Shown: positions 16,163 to 25,576 of the stretch, in pieces
Layout: the number at the start of each line of letters is the position of its first letter
Numbering within the stretch: the first letter of the stretch is position 1
Source of the DNA: Thermoanaerobaculia bacterium
GTDB taxonomy: Bacteria; Acidobacteriota; Thermoanaerobaculia; Gp7-AA8
DNA: 31,282 nt
Assembly: GCA_035577085.1 (NCBI GenBank)
Contig: DATLVW010000883.1
Location: 1 to 31,282, forward strand
Reading direction: 5' to 3'
Notes under the pieces: generated by a model
What the model saw: the letters and a program-made list of their open reading frames with translations, nothing else
Databases searched by the model: none
Told to the model about the DNA's origin: nothing
Position numbers and translations under genes: made by a program

Positions 16163-19120
16163 ATGCAGAAAACCGATGCCCCCGGTGTGGCTTTGCCTGC
16201 TGATCTGACGGGGTGGTTGCCGGCTGCGCAACGTTTTATCGAATGGCTAGTCGAGTTCAAGCATTGGAACACCCCCGAAGCGTGGCTCGCCCGCGGGGTC
16301 ATCTGGGTCGTAGTAGTTTACAGCCTGCTGCGCCTGATTCGCGGCGTACTCGAACTGCTTGTCCAGTTGAAAACCTATTGGACTGGTCTAGGTTGGAAGG
16401 TTCGACGCCTGACAGAGGAAGAGCGCGCCCAGCTTAACCGACGACAGCGATTCGCTAGGGTATTAAGCAGTGATCTCTCCAACATGGCGAAGGTAGAGAA
16501 CTGGAATGATCAATTCTATACCGACCTAGAGGCGCAGATCGAAGCCGAAGGCCGGTTCTACGCGACAAATTTCGACCGCATCATCCGACGAGCCTCGGAA
16601 GGCTTACGAAGAGTATCTTCACTGGTACGAGCGATCGAATCTAGCGCTGAGCAGTTTTTGCTTCTTATCGGCGAGCCCGGCAGCGGCAAAAGCATCGCTC
16701 TGCGCCATCTGGCGCACCAACTCGCCGAATCTGCGCTCACTTCCAAAGCCAAAATGGTGACAATTCCATTGTATGTCAATCTAAAGGAGTTGCCATCACC
16801 GACGTCCGGTGACCCCAACAGTGACTACATCAAGGCTTTCGTCCTTGAAAACGTGCGCCGTGGCGACGCAGATACCGCGGAATACATCCGTGACAATTGG
16901 GCAAAGCACCGCGACGATGGCTCGTGGCTCTTCCTCTTTGACTCATTCGACGAAATTCCAGCTGTTCTTCATTCTCCCTCCGGGAGCCGCGCCGCCACCC
17001 TTTACTCTGAAGCAATTCGCCAATTCCTCTCCACGATGGGCAGTTGCCGAGGCGTTGTTGCTTCACGCGAGTTCAAAGGCCCGCGCAATTTCGGATGGCA
17101 TCGCTTGCGAATTCTGGCAATGAATGAGGATAAACAGGCATTGCTCGTGGCGAATTCGTATCTACCATCCGAAAGGCGTCGGATGGTAATGCAACACATT
17201 GCAACTTCCGAATCCACGATGCTTCAGAACCCGATGTATCTCACACTCCTCTGTCGCTTTGTCCGTGACGCGAATGCACTTCCACGAAATGACCAGGAGG
17301 TATTAGAGCGTCACATCGTGCGACTAGCCGAGCGTGACGCCGACCACGTCGGCATGAAGTACGCGCTTACGACCAGACAGCTCTTGCAAGGTGCTAGCAC
17401 ACTCGCACGGCTGTTTGCCGAGCAACAGGATTTGAGCCTTGCTCCAACGATTACAGATATTCGGTTAGCGTTGTCGGACTCGGATGTCCCCGGCGGAAGC
17501 ATCGACAATGTAATCGGGGCTCTCGTGGACGTAAAGATCGGACGATCTGACGTTCCTGAGGCGAGAATTGGCGATAGACGTTTCACGTTCGCTCACAGAC
17601 GATATCAAGAAACTTTGTTTGTCCAATTTCTTGCTGCAAATCCAGATTACATCGCGCCGAAACGTCTCCTAACCGAAACACGGTGGCGTGAATATGCGGT
17701 CACTTTCCTGCAAACGCAGCCAGTCGAAACGCTCCAGTCTCTGATCCGTGGCGCCATTGACCTACTAAAGGAGTACGACAAGCGGCAATCGTATGTTGCT
17801 GTTCTGCCTGAATACGGAAGCACCGCCGTTTACCATCGTTGGGATGATGCGATTCCGCGACTGCTCGGTCTTCTGGAGGAAGGTCTTGCGGGTCGACCAA
17901 ATGATGTCCCGGCAGATCTTCGGGCGGCAGTTGCTGCTGTTCTAATGCCACGCTGGCATGACGGCGATTTTATGGATCGTCGGAATGTGCTTCGAATCGC
18001 TGGTCTCTTGCCGCCGGAGTTGCTCACAGAAATACTAGTTGAAACTGTGCGCGGTGGCTCGCATGACACTCTTGATATTGCTCTGCGCAAGACGGTTTTT
18101 CTGTCGAATATTCCGCCGGAATTGTCGCGATGGATTCAAAGGCGCCTGAGTGATGATACTCTCGATGCGGAAAACGATAGTGAGATAACCCGCCTCGAAG
18201 CGCTGGCCGCACGTCTTCCGCAGTCGGTACGCGCCGCGTTCATTGTTAGTAACTGTAAACGGCTGCGCCGACGCATGATCTTATGTACAATACCGATGTT
18301 TTGGCCGAACGTGGCGCTGCTGGCGCTGATCACCGTCTTGTTGGACAAGTCCGTACGGGCTGCGCGACGCCGCGCCGAGCAAGTGATGACAGAGATGGCG
18401 GTGCTTAACGCAATTGTCGCTGTATCTGCGTGCGCGGTTGTGGTTGTTGGTATTTGCTGGCGTATGCGCGGCGGCGCGACGATTGCCAGCGCGGTGCACT
18501 TCACGTCGGCGATCGCATTGATCTATGGTCTCGTGGGCCTCGTCGTGTTAGCGCAGTACAGCTCTCGCGCTTCCGGTAAACACATTAGCCCTCGAGCTTG
18601 CCTTAAGGCGATGGTTGGGCTGTCGAGTGAGATGCGAAGGCCCGGTCAGGTTGCAAAGGGGGTAGTGTTTCTGGCGACTGGCGTGATGTTCGGAATGATG
18701 ATTTTGGATATCTCACTCGTCGGTCTATGGGGTAGTCGCGGTTGGCTAACGGCACTCGTAGTGTTCGTGGTCATGGTGGCAATAGAGCCTGCGATTATTG
18801 CTATTCGCCGTCGGCGGTTTCGGCAAGCGTATTCAGTTTATGCCGTTTCAAAACGATGCCCAGTTGCTGTTGCGCTTCACGCGACTTCTCTTCGAGCGCT
18901 AGTTGACTGGACCAAGCAAGAGACACTCCTGCGTTCGGTGCGCGACGTCAGGTCGTTAGGTCGAATATTACGCTGTGAACCACTCACTGGCATAAAACCG
19001 AAGTGCAAGCATCCTATCAGGGTGCAGTTTTTGTCCGAGGAGCGCGAGTTCGATCTCCGTGAAATTGGCGCGAGACTCAACCACCTTGCGGATCGTCTTA
19101 CTAAGGCCGGTAGACCGTAG
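16163..19120 (+). CDS. NACHT/STAND P-loop NTPase with N- and C-terminal transmembrane segments
   Basis: Walker A LLIGEPGSGKS, Walker B LFLFDSFDEI, NPMYLTLL, FTFAHRRYQE. SD GGGAGG before ATG 16163. Visibly lower GC than flanking genes. Confidence 0.88.
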   Translation: MQKTDAPGVALPADLTGWLPAAQRFIEWLVEFKHWNTPEAWLARGVIWVVVVYSLLRLIRGVLELLVQLKTYWTGLGWKVRRLTEEERAQLNRRQRFARVLSSDLSNMAKVENWNDQFYTDLEAQIEAEGRFYATNFDRIIRRASEGLRRVSSLVRAIESSAEQFLLLIGEPGSGKSIALRHLAHQLAESALTSKAKMVTIPLYVNLKELPSPTSGDPNSDYIKAFVLENVRRGDADTAEYIRDNWAKHRDDGSWLFLFDSFDEIPAVLHSPSGSRAATLYSEAIRQFLSTMGSCRGVVASREFKGPRNFGWHRLRILAMNEDKQALLVANSYLPSERRRMVMQHIATSESTMLQNPMYLTLLCRFVRDANALPRNDQEVLERHIVRLAERDADHVGMKYALTTRQLLQGASTLARLFAEQQDLSLAPTITDIRLALSDSDVPGGSIDNVIGALVDVKIGRSDVPEARIGDRRFTFAHRRYQETLFVQFLAANPDYIAPKRLLTETRWREYAVTFLQTQPVETLQSLIRGAIDLLKEYDKRQSYVAVLPEYGSTAVYHRWDDAIPRLLGLLEEGLAGRPNDVPADLRAAVAAVLMPRWHDGDFMDRRNVLRIAGLLPPELLTEILVETVRGGSHDTLDIALRKTVFLSNIPPELSRWIQRRLSDDTLDAENDSEITRLEALAARLPQSVRAAFIVSNCKRLRRRMILCTIPMFWPNVALLALITVLLDKSVRAARRRAEQVMTEMAVLNAIVAVSACAVVVVGICWRMRGGATIASAVHFTSAIALIYGLVGLVVLAQYSSRASGKHISPRACLKAMVGLSSEMRRPGQVAKGVVFLATGVMFGMMILDISLVGLWGSRGWLTALVVFVVMVAIEPAIIAIRRRRFRQAYSVYAVSKRCPVAVALHATSLRALVDWTKQETLLRSVRDVRSLGRILRCEPLTGIKPKCKHPIRVQFLSEEREFDLREIGARLNHLADRLTKAGRP

Positions 19121-19436
19121 CGCGGAGTTTTTCCGCAACGGCTTTCAAAGTGGACCTAGGTGGGTTTATGGCCGGCTAGTGGCGAGTGTTGCGCCCGAGA
19201 TCGGACCGGCAGTTTTGGTTGCATTCGGTTGGCGAGCGTTCCAGTCCCCCCCCCCCCGCGGAAGCCGAACGCCAAATAGCGCCCCGCTCGGAGAGCAATA
19301 GCGTGTCGTCGCTCCAGTGGGGTCACACCAGGGTCACACCTTCGTATGTTTGACGTCCGAGTCATTTGCGAGCCACGGGAGTCGAGTCGAGAGAGCGCCT
19401 AAGGCGCCCCTTGTTTCTCCGAAGGCGGTCAACGTT

Positions 19437-19753
19437 TCAGAAGAGCTCCTCGGCCAACGCGACGATGATGCCCGCAGGGCTTCGCATGCAGCAGAGTCTG
19501 TACTTGTTTTTCGTATTGGGCCACATCACAACTAGCTAGCTCGGCGCCGTAGGCGCGCGACAGTGTCGTCGACGCTTTCGACCGTAAACATGACGCTCCG
19601 GAGGCCCAGCGAGTTCGGCGGTGAGATCGCCGATTCGATCTCGATGAGCTTCGGATTGGTAAACTTCGTCAGCTCGAGGCCCGTGCCCAACACGATCGCG
19701 GCTGTCAGATCGTCGACGGCGACGCTGGCGTGGTCCAATCTCTTGATCGTCAT
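19437..19753 (-). pseudogene. degraded VOC/glyoxalase family gene
   Basis: MTIKRLDHASVAVDDLTAAI joins directly to LELTKF..LGLRSVMFTVESVDDTVARL (internal deletion). The C-terminal KYRLCCMRSPAGIIVALAEELF* lies in another frame after a stop. Confidence 0.8.
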
Positions 19754-19818
19754 GTCGCTTGTATAGCAGAGGCCGTGCCTCCGCGGTCAATGCCGGCACT
19801 ACAAGTTAGACTTCGGCA

Positions 19819-20247
19819 ATGAATGACGTAATCAAGGTTGCCGAGTCCGACGCTGAGATCGACTCCTGCTTTCCTGTCATGTCGCTGCTTCGTCCGCATG
19901 TGCAGCGTGCGGAGTTTGTGCGGCTCGTCCGAAAGATGGAGACGCAGGGATATCGTCTTGCCTACCTGACCGCGGACGATCGCATTCAGGCAGTGGCCGG
20001 GTATCGCATCATCGACATGCTGCGCACGGGTCCGATGCTCGAAGTGGATGATCTGATCTCCGCCGCCGACGCGCGATCGAAAGGATACGGAAAGCAACCG
20101 CTCGATTGGTGCTACGACCTGGCCCGCCGCAGCAGCTGCAGCGTCGTGGAGCTTGATTCCGCGGTACACCGCGCCGATGCCCACCGGTTCTATTTCCGGG
20201 AACGGATGCACGTGCTCGCCTTTCACTTCAGCCGGACGGTGGTGTGA
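19819..20247 (+). CDS. GNAT family N-acetyltransferase
   Basis: VDDLISAADARSKGYGK acetyl-CoA motif A and ELDSAVHRADAHRFY. Confidence 0.9.
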   Translation: MNDVIKVAESDAEIDSCFPVMSLLRPHVQRAEFVRLVRKMETQGYRLAYLTADDRIQAVAGYRIIDMLRTGPMLEVDDLISAADARSKGYGKQPLDWCYDLARRSSCSVVELDSAVHRADAHRFYFRERMHVLAFHFSRTVV

Positions 20248-20250
20248 TGT

Positions 20251-20305
20251 TCTCCACGTCTCCGCGTGAAATCTGAAAGTGTGATTTCACGCGGAGCGCG
20301 AGAGA
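20251..20305. repeat. nonamer-family hairpin between convergent genes
   Basis: CTCCGCGTGAAATC / GATTTCACGCGGAG, perfect 14-bp inverted repeat. Confidence 0.8.
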
Positions 20306-20309
20306 CGAC

Positions 20310-20729
20310 TCACTTCGACTTCGGCCGCACGGACATGCGCTCGAGCGGCTGCAGCATGCTGGCGCGGTTGCCTTCGGTGTCGAAGAAGGCCACGTATTTG
20401 CCGACGCCGGGAATGTCCATTGGATCGCCGAGGACTTTGCCGCCGGCGTCGGAGACGGTCTTCATTGATTGCTGGATGTCGTCGACCGCAATCACGACCG
20501 CTGGATACTGCGCGGGCCTTTCGCTGCTCTTCGGATAGAAGCCGCCGTTGATGGCGCCGGCTTTCTTCGGGCCGTTGTCGTCGGATTCGGTCGTCGTCAC
20601 GACAACGTAGTCGCCCATGTCGGGGCCGAGCAATTGCGCCTGCCAGCCGAACGCTTTCTGGTAGAAATTGGCCATTCGTTTGCGGTCTTCGGCGGGCATT
20701 TCGAAGTGGACTACGGGATTCATGGTCAT
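20310..20729 (-). CDS. VOC/glyoxalase/bleomycin-resistance family protein
   Basis: MNPVVHFEMPAED, GAINGGF, VAFFDTEGNRASML. SD GGAGG before ATG 20729. Confidence 0.9.
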   Translation of the reverse strand: MTMNPVVHFEMPAEDRKRMANFYQKAFGWQAQLLGPDMGDYVVVTTTESDDNGPKKAGAINGGFYPKSSERPAQYPAVVIAVDDIQQSMKTVSDAGGKVLGDPMDIPGVGKYVAFFDTEGNRASMLQPLERMSVRPKSK

Positions 20730-20809
20730 CGAACACCTCCTCGTTTCGTGGGATGCAGTGATCGTTCCTATCGTGCCGGTCGGTTCGGCTTTTTTCGCAT
20801 GAGAATGGT

Positions 20810-20836
20810 TCACGCCGAGACGCGGAGGACGCGGCG
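20810..20836. repeat. nonamer-family half element
   Basis: TCACGCCGAGACGCGGAGGACGCGGCG, similar to 21282-21314. Confidence 0.65.
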
Positions 20837-20850
20837 TTACTATGGTTTTG

Positions 20851-21276
20851 ATGAAACGGATCGCGCTGCTTTCGCTGCTTATGTTCGCCTGCCGCGATAC
20901 GCACCAGCACGGTGTGACGATCGCGCGGAGCGGGAAGGCTGCGGCGCGGATCGTCGTGCTGACGATCGGTGTGGCCATCAAGGAGACGGGGCCGGCAGAG
21001 ACGGTGAAGAAGTTCGGCGAGGTGTACGCGTTCTCACCCGAGGTGTTTGCGGTGCGGCGCGATCAACCGACGGAGATCGTGTTCTGGAACCTGCAGCCGG
21101 ACGACGAGCACGACTTCATGCTCACCGATCCGGCGAACAAGGTCCTGTTGCAGACGAAGTTTCCGCCGCTATCGAAGACGTCCTTCGTGATGACGTTTCA
21201 CGATGCGGGCGTTTTTCCGTTCTACTGCACGATGCATCAGCCGGCGATGTCGGGGCAGGTTATTGTTTCGCCGTAA
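20851..21276 (+). CDS. cupredoxin-domain protein (type 1 copper), probable lipoprotein
   Basis: MKRIALLSLLMFAC signal with Cys; EHDF and FYCTMHQPAM copper-ligand pattern (H...C..H...M). Confidence 0.8.
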   Translation: MKRIALLSLLMFACRDTHQHGVTIARSGKAAARIVVLTIGVAIKETGPAETVKKFGEVYAFSPEVFAVRRDQPTEIVFWNLQPDDEHDFMLTDPANKVLLQTKFPPLSKTSFVMTFHDAGVFPFYCTMHQPAMSGQVIVSP

Positions 21277-21281
21277 ACCTG

Positions 21282-21314
21282 TTTCACGCGGAGACGCGGG
21301 GGACGCGGAGGAGA
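21282..21314. repeat. nonamer-family half element
   Basis: TTTCACGCGGAGACGCGGGGGACGCGGAGGAGA. Confidence 0.7.
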
Positions 21315-21315
21315 A

Positions 21316-21948
21316 TTGCGGGCAACAATCGCAGTAACGATTGCGCTGATCGCGCATACGGGTTTCGCCGGTACGGTCAAACGTTGCGGCGTTTCGTTCG
21401 TTCTGCCGGCAAAGTGGACCGCTGTCGAAAAGGTGTCGCCCGACTATCCCGATGAGACGGACATCCAATGCCGCGTCGCGTTGCGGCCCGAGGGCTGGAG
21501 CGCACGAGCGAAAAGGTCGCGATGGGACGCGAGCGATCCACCCGTGTGGCTTATGATCTTTGGTGCAGGCACGTCGTTCGAGGATGCGCTCGATGGGGCC
21601 GGATTCGAGAACGAATTCGAGGAAGGAGGCGGCAGGCTCGGCATCCCCGGCCGGTTCGGATTCTCGGAAGCGGAGCCTTACTCAGCCGGCCGCTTCTCCG
21701 GACTCGTCGTGCGTCCGACCTTCCGCGGGTTCATCCGCGACGTGTCGACGCTGCGCGAAAACGAGTCGGGCCTCTCCACGCGCGACAACGAATCAGTCGT
21801 GATGAAAGAGCCCTCCGGGCGCATCATCGGGTTCGCGTCTGACGGAGGAACGCCTGATGAACCGATCGACCGCGATGCGATCATCGCCGGCATCGCGCAG
21901 ACGCTGGTTTTCGAAGCGCCGAAAAGCAATGAACCACAGAGACACTGA
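21316..21948 (+). CDS. hypothetical exported protein
   Basis: TTG start behind GGAGGAG, signal-like N-terminus, high-GC3 codons. The last codons and stop fall inside the following repeat. Confidence 0.65.
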   Translation: MRATIAVTIALIAHTGFAGTVKRCGVSFVLPAKWTAVEKVSPDYPDETDIQCRVALRPEGWSARAKRSRWDASDPPVWLMIFGAGTSFEDALDGAGFENEFEEGGGRLGIPGRFGFSEAEPYSAGRFSGLVVRPTFRGFIRDVSTLRENESGLSTRDNESVVMKEPSGRIIGFASDGGTPDEPIDRDAIIAGIAQTLVFEAPKSNEPQRH

Positions 21949-21988
21949 GATCGCAGAGTGACCTCCGTGACCTCTGCGTCTCTGTGGT
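21932..21988. repeat. nonamer-periodic hairpin (ACCACAGAGAC type)
   Basis: AACCACAGAGACACTGAGATCGCAGAG ... CTCCGTGACCTCTGCGTCTCTGTGGT, close to the 12200 copy. Confidence 0.85.
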
Positions 21989-21996
21989 AACCGCTT

Positions 21997-22443
21997 CTAC
22001 GAAACTGCCGGCGCAGCCGCCGGCCTCCGGCTCCAGTACGACACCGCGAGGAGAAAGTCGGCGACGTTGGTTGAGGCGAAGGTGGGGGCGAGATCCGACG
22101 GGGCGACGATTCCGACGACATGGCCGGCGTCGTCGACGACCGGCAGGCGGCGGACCTGCCTGGCTTCCATCAACTGGATCGCTGCGTCGACTTCCTCATC
22201 CTGATGGATCGTAAAGACGGTCTTCGTCATCACGTCGCGGACCGCAACGGCGGCGGGGTACATGCCTTTCGCCACGGCGCGGCAGGTGACGTCGCGATCG
22301 GTAATCACACCGACGAGCTTCGAATCTTTGCAGACAGGGACGATGCCGCAGTCGTGATCGAGCATCAGTGTGGCGACCTGATCGATCTTCGTATCGGGAG
22401 TGCAGCAGACGGGAGCGGGTGTCATGACTTCTTTGACCAACAT
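21997..22443 (-). CDS. CBS-domain pair protein
   Basis: LVKEVMT, CGIVPV..LVGVITDRD, VRDVMT, VRRLPVVD..VVGIVAPSD. SD GGAGGT before ATG 22443. Confidence 0.9.
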   Translation of the reverse strand: MLVKEVMTPAPVCCTPDTKIDQVATLMLDHDCGIVPVCKDSKLVGVITDRDVTCRAVAKGMYPAAVAVRDVMTKTVFTIHQDEEVDAAIQLMEARQVRRLPVVDDAGHVVGIVAPSDLAPTFASTNVADFLLAVSYWSRRPAAAPAVS

Positions 22444-22588
22444 GATCGGTACCTCCATTCGGGACCTGTCATGTGAATACGTCCTGTCGTCGCCGCGAAC
22501 AAGGAGAGGCGTCACTCCTCTGTTGTATGAGTGAACACTGAGTTGAGTGTCTGCGCGCTGAGCACGTGTTCTTCGGCACGCCCTCCCA

Positions 22589-22652
22589 ATCGAGCGTCCT
22601 TCTCCCCCACGCTTTTTGTGGGGGAGAAGGTGCCGAAGGCGGATGAGGGGGC
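22589..22652. repeat. solo copy of the REP arm found at 2216-3189
   Basis: ATCGAGCGTCCTTCTCCCCCACGCTTTTTGTGGGGGAGAAGGTGCCGAAGGCGGATGAGGGGGC just downstream of gltA. Confidence 0.9.
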
Positions 22653-22669
22653 TGTTCTAAGCAGAGAAG

Positions 22670-23950
22670 TTACGCAGTCGTCAAAACAAGCTCTTCGTTC
22701 ACTTCGCTCAGCTCGCGAACCTTGCTTCCAACGTACAACTGGCGCGGGCGGTTGATCCTGGTCTTGTCGTCGTCGACCATTTCTTTCCACTGCGCGATCC
22801 AGCCCGGCAGGCGGCCGAGGGCGAACATGACGGTGAACATGTTCGTGGGGATGCCCATGGCGCGGTAGAGGATGCCGCTGTAGAAGTCGACGTTGGGATA
22901 GAGCTTGCGGTCGATGAAGTACGGATCCGACAGCGCGATCTGCTCGAGCTCCGTCGCCGTCTGCAGGAGAGGATCGCGTTTGCCGAGGGCGGAGAGAACG
23001 TCGTCGGCGGCGCGTTTGAGGATCGTGGCCCGCGGATCGAAGTTCTTGTAGACGCGGTGGCCGAATCCCATCAGCTTGAAGCCGGAGTCCTTCTGCTTGG
23101 CGCGCTCCACGAACGTCCTGGCGCTCTGGCCGGACTCGCGGATCTGCTGCAGCATCTCGATGACCTGCTGGTTGGCGCCGCCGTGCAGCGGTCCCCACAA
23201 CGCGCAGATTCCGGCGGAGATCGACGCGAAGAGATTCGCGCCACTGCTGCCGACCATGCGCACGGTGGATGTGCTGCAATTCTGCTCGTGGTCGGCGTGC
23301 AGGATCAGCAGCAGGTTGAGCGCGCGGTCGATGGCCGCGGTCACCTTGTAGCCTTCCGCCGGCACCGCGAACATCATGTGCATGAAGTTCTGCGTGTAGC
23401 TGAGGTCATTGCGCGGGTAGATGAAAGGCTGGCCGATCGACTTCTTGTACGAGAACGCGGCGATCGTCTTCGCTTTCGAGAGGAGGCGGATGATGTTCAG
23501 TTCATTGTCGTTTTCCGGGTAGTAGGCGGAGAGCGACGCGATCATCGCCGAGAGAATCGCCATCGGATGCGCGGACGGCGGGAAGCCTTCGAAGAACTTC
23601 TTCATGTCTTCGTGGATGAGGCTGTGCCGCGTCAGCTTTTCATTGAACGCGTCCAGCTCCTGGGGAGACGGAAGCGTCCCGTGAATCAGCAGATAGCAGA
23701 CTTCGACGAAGGTGGCTTTGGCGGCCAGCTCTTCGATCGGATAGCCGCGATAGCGAAGAATGCCCTTCTCGCCATCGATGAACGTGATCGCGCTGGCGCA
23801 CGAACCGGTATTGCCATAGCCCGGATCGAACGTGACCGCGCCCGTCTTCGTGCGGAGTGAGGTGATGTCGATCGCGGTCTCACCTTCCGATCCTTCCATC
23901 ACCGGGAGCTCGTATTCTTTTCCCTTCAGCAACAGCGTGGCGGTGCTCAT
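22670..23950 (-). CDS. gltA: citrate synthase (type II-like)
   Basis: TFDPGYGNTGSC, LHADHEQNCST, GPLHGGAN, MGFGHRVYK, YPNVDFYSG. SD AAGGAG before ATG 23950. Confidence 0.97.
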   Translation of the reverse strand: MSTATLLLKGKEYELPVMEGSEGETAIDITSLRTKTGAVTFDPGYGNTGSCASAITFIDGEKGILRYRGYPIEELAAKATFVEVCYLLIHGTLPSPQELDAFNEKLTRHSLIHEDMKKFFEGFPPSAHPMAILSAMIASLSAYYPENDNELNIIRLLSKAKTIAAFSYKKSIGQPFIYPRNDLSYTQNFMHMMFAVPAEGYKVTAAIDRALNLLLILHADHEQNCSTSTVRMVGSSGANLFASISAGICALWGPLHGGANQQVIEMLQQIRESGQSARTFVERAKQKDSGFKLMGFGHRVYKNFDPRATILKRAADDVLSALGKRDPLLQTATELEQIALSDPYFIDRKLYPNVDFYSGILYRAMGIPTNMFTVMFALGRLPGWIAQWKEMVDDDKTRINRPRQLYVGSKVRELSEVNEELVLTTA

Positions 23951-23978
23951 GAACCTCTCTCCTTTCGATTGTTGGTGG

Positions 23979-25310
23979 TTACAACTTCGCCGTTCCGGCA
24001 AGGCCGGCATTCCTGGCAGTTTCTGCGACCGTCGCCGCGACGGCCTGATGAACGTTCCGATCGAGACACGACGGCACGACGTCGCCGGGCTTGGCTAGCG
24101 ACGCAATCGTTTCCGCGGCGGCGATCAGCATCTCGGTGGTAATCGCGCAGCTTCGCGCTTCGAGCGCTCCGCGGAAGAGCCCCGGGAACGCCAGCGCGTT
24201 GTTGATCGATCTTCCATCCCCCGCGAACGCCGCACCCGCCGCCCTCGCCTCGGATGGCAGGATCTCCGGCTTCGGATTCGTCAGCGCGAAGATGACTTGT
24301 CCGTTGTGAATGTCACTTGCGTCGATGAGGCCTGGCCGTCCGGTGGCGGCGATGACGATGTCGGCGGTGGCCATGATCGTGGCGGCATCGGAAGCGATGG
24401 CTCCTGCGCGCTGCACGCGGCTGACGGCGTCAGGGTTAATGTCGCTGACGAGCACTTCGCCGACGCCGTACGAAACGGCGAGCATGGCGATGGCGCTGCC
24501 GGCTGCCCCGAGTCCGATCATGCCGACGCGCGAGCGTTTCAGATCGCGCCCGGTGATCTTGCAGGCGTTGATGACCGCGGCCAACGTGACGGTGGCAGTG
24601 CCGTGCTGATCGTCGTGCATCACCGGTTTGCAGAGTCGCCGGCGCAGCTCATCTTCGATGACGTAGCAATCGGGGATGCGGATGTCCTCGAGGTGAATGC
24701 CGCCGAACGTGGGGGAGACGCGCATCACGGTCTCGACGAACTCGAGGGGATCGAGCGTGTCGATCAGGATCGGCGTCGCGCTGATGCCTACGAGCTCGTC
24801 GTAGAGCACGGCCTTCCCTTCCATCACCGGCATGCTTGCCAGCGGGCCGATGTTGCCGAGCCCGAGGACGCGGGAACCGTTGGTGAAGATGCCGACGGAG
24901 TTGCCGACCGACGTCAGATCCCAGGCCCGGTTCGGATCCTTGACGATGGCTTGCGACACGCGGGCGACACCCGGCGTGTAGATGCTGCGCATGTCGGCGA
25001 GCTGGTCGAGATGCACGCGGCTGGTGGAGTGGAGCTTGCCGCCGCGATGCGCTTCGAAGACGCGGTCGGTGGACTCGACGACATCGACACCGTCGATCTC
25101 GCCGATGCAGCGGACGACATGAATCGTCTGCGCTTCGTCGATGGTCTCGATGGTGACGTCGCGCAGAGTGGCGGTCTCGCCGACCTGGATCGTGGAGACG
25201 TCGCCGATCAATCCCCCCGCTTCGGCGATGGTGTTGGCGAGGCGCGCGAGCTGACCGGCACGGTGCTCGACACGCACGCGCAGGACAGTGTCGATGACGT
25301 GTTCGCTCAT
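23979..25310 (-). CDS. NAD(P)-dependent malic enzyme with N-terminal ACT domain
   Basis: ACT-like HRAGQLARLANTIAEAGGLIGDV, YTPGVA, TNGSRVLGLGNIG, MEGKAVL, MHDDQHGTA, NNALAFPGLFRG. Confidence 0.93.
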   Translation of the reverse strand: MSEHVIDTVLRVRVEHRAGQLARLANTIAEAGGLIGDVSTIQVGETATLRDVTIETIDEAQTIHVVRCIGEIDGVDVVESTDRVFEAHRGGKLHSTSRVHLDQLADMRSIYTPGVARVSQAIVKDPNRAWDLTSVGNSVGIFTNGSRVLGLGNIGPLASMPVMEGKAVLYDELVGISATPILIDTLDPLEFVETVMRVSPTFGGIHLEDIRIPDCYVIEDELRRRLCKPVMHDDQHGTATVTLAAVINACKITGRDLKRSRVGMIGLGAAGSAIAMLAVSYGVGEVLVSDINPDAVSRVQRAGAIASDAATIMATADIVIAATGRPGLIDASDIHNGQVIFALTNPKPEILPSEARAAGAAFAGDGRSINNALAFPGLFRGALEARSCAITTEMLIAAAETIASLAKPGDVVPSCLDRNVHQAVAATVAETARNAGLAGTAKL

Positions 25311-25356
25311 GAAACGCGAATCTGCCCGAAGCGAAGGCGAATGCCCATCGCGTACG

Positions 25357-25383
25357 TCACACTCCTGCGCGTTCTACGTCACA
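25357..25383. promoter_or_regulatory. two TCACA half-sites 22 bp apart upstream of the malic enzyme
   Basis: TCACA at 25357 and 25379; minus strand reads TGTGACGTA twice. Confidence 0.4.
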
Positions 25384-25415
25384 TGGGAGGGGTAAGACCC
25401 GAAGTTGGAAGTGGA

Positions 25416-25474
25416 ACCACAGAGACACAGAGGACACAGAGAAAAACACTCTGTGCTCTCTGTGTCTCTGTGGT
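25416..25474. repeat. nonamer-periodic hairpin (ACCACAGAGAC type)
   Basis: ACCACAGAGACACAGAGGACACAGAG-AAAAACA-CTCTGTGCTCTCTGTGTCTCTGTGGT. Confidence 0.88.
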
Positions 25475-25519
25475 GAAGTCTCGTCACTTTCGGTTTCGAT
25501 CGCAAAAAGACCCTTTCGC

Positions 25520-25555
25520 AAAAAAAAGACGCGGCAGCAAACGCCGCCGCGTCTT
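25520..25555 (-). terminator. Rho-independent terminator after Hsp20
   Basis: Stem AAGACGCGGC/GCCGCGTCTT with an A-run on the plus strand (U-tract on the minus strand). Confidence 0.75.
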
Positions 25556-25576
25556 CTCCGGAACTGCCGCAGCGAC

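Noticed and set aside
19236-19260. tRNA T-loop-like GTTCCAGTCCC and a phase-variable C12 tract
   Set aside because: No cloverleaf can be built and the C run is not in a supported CDS or promoter. It may be a homopolymer artefact.
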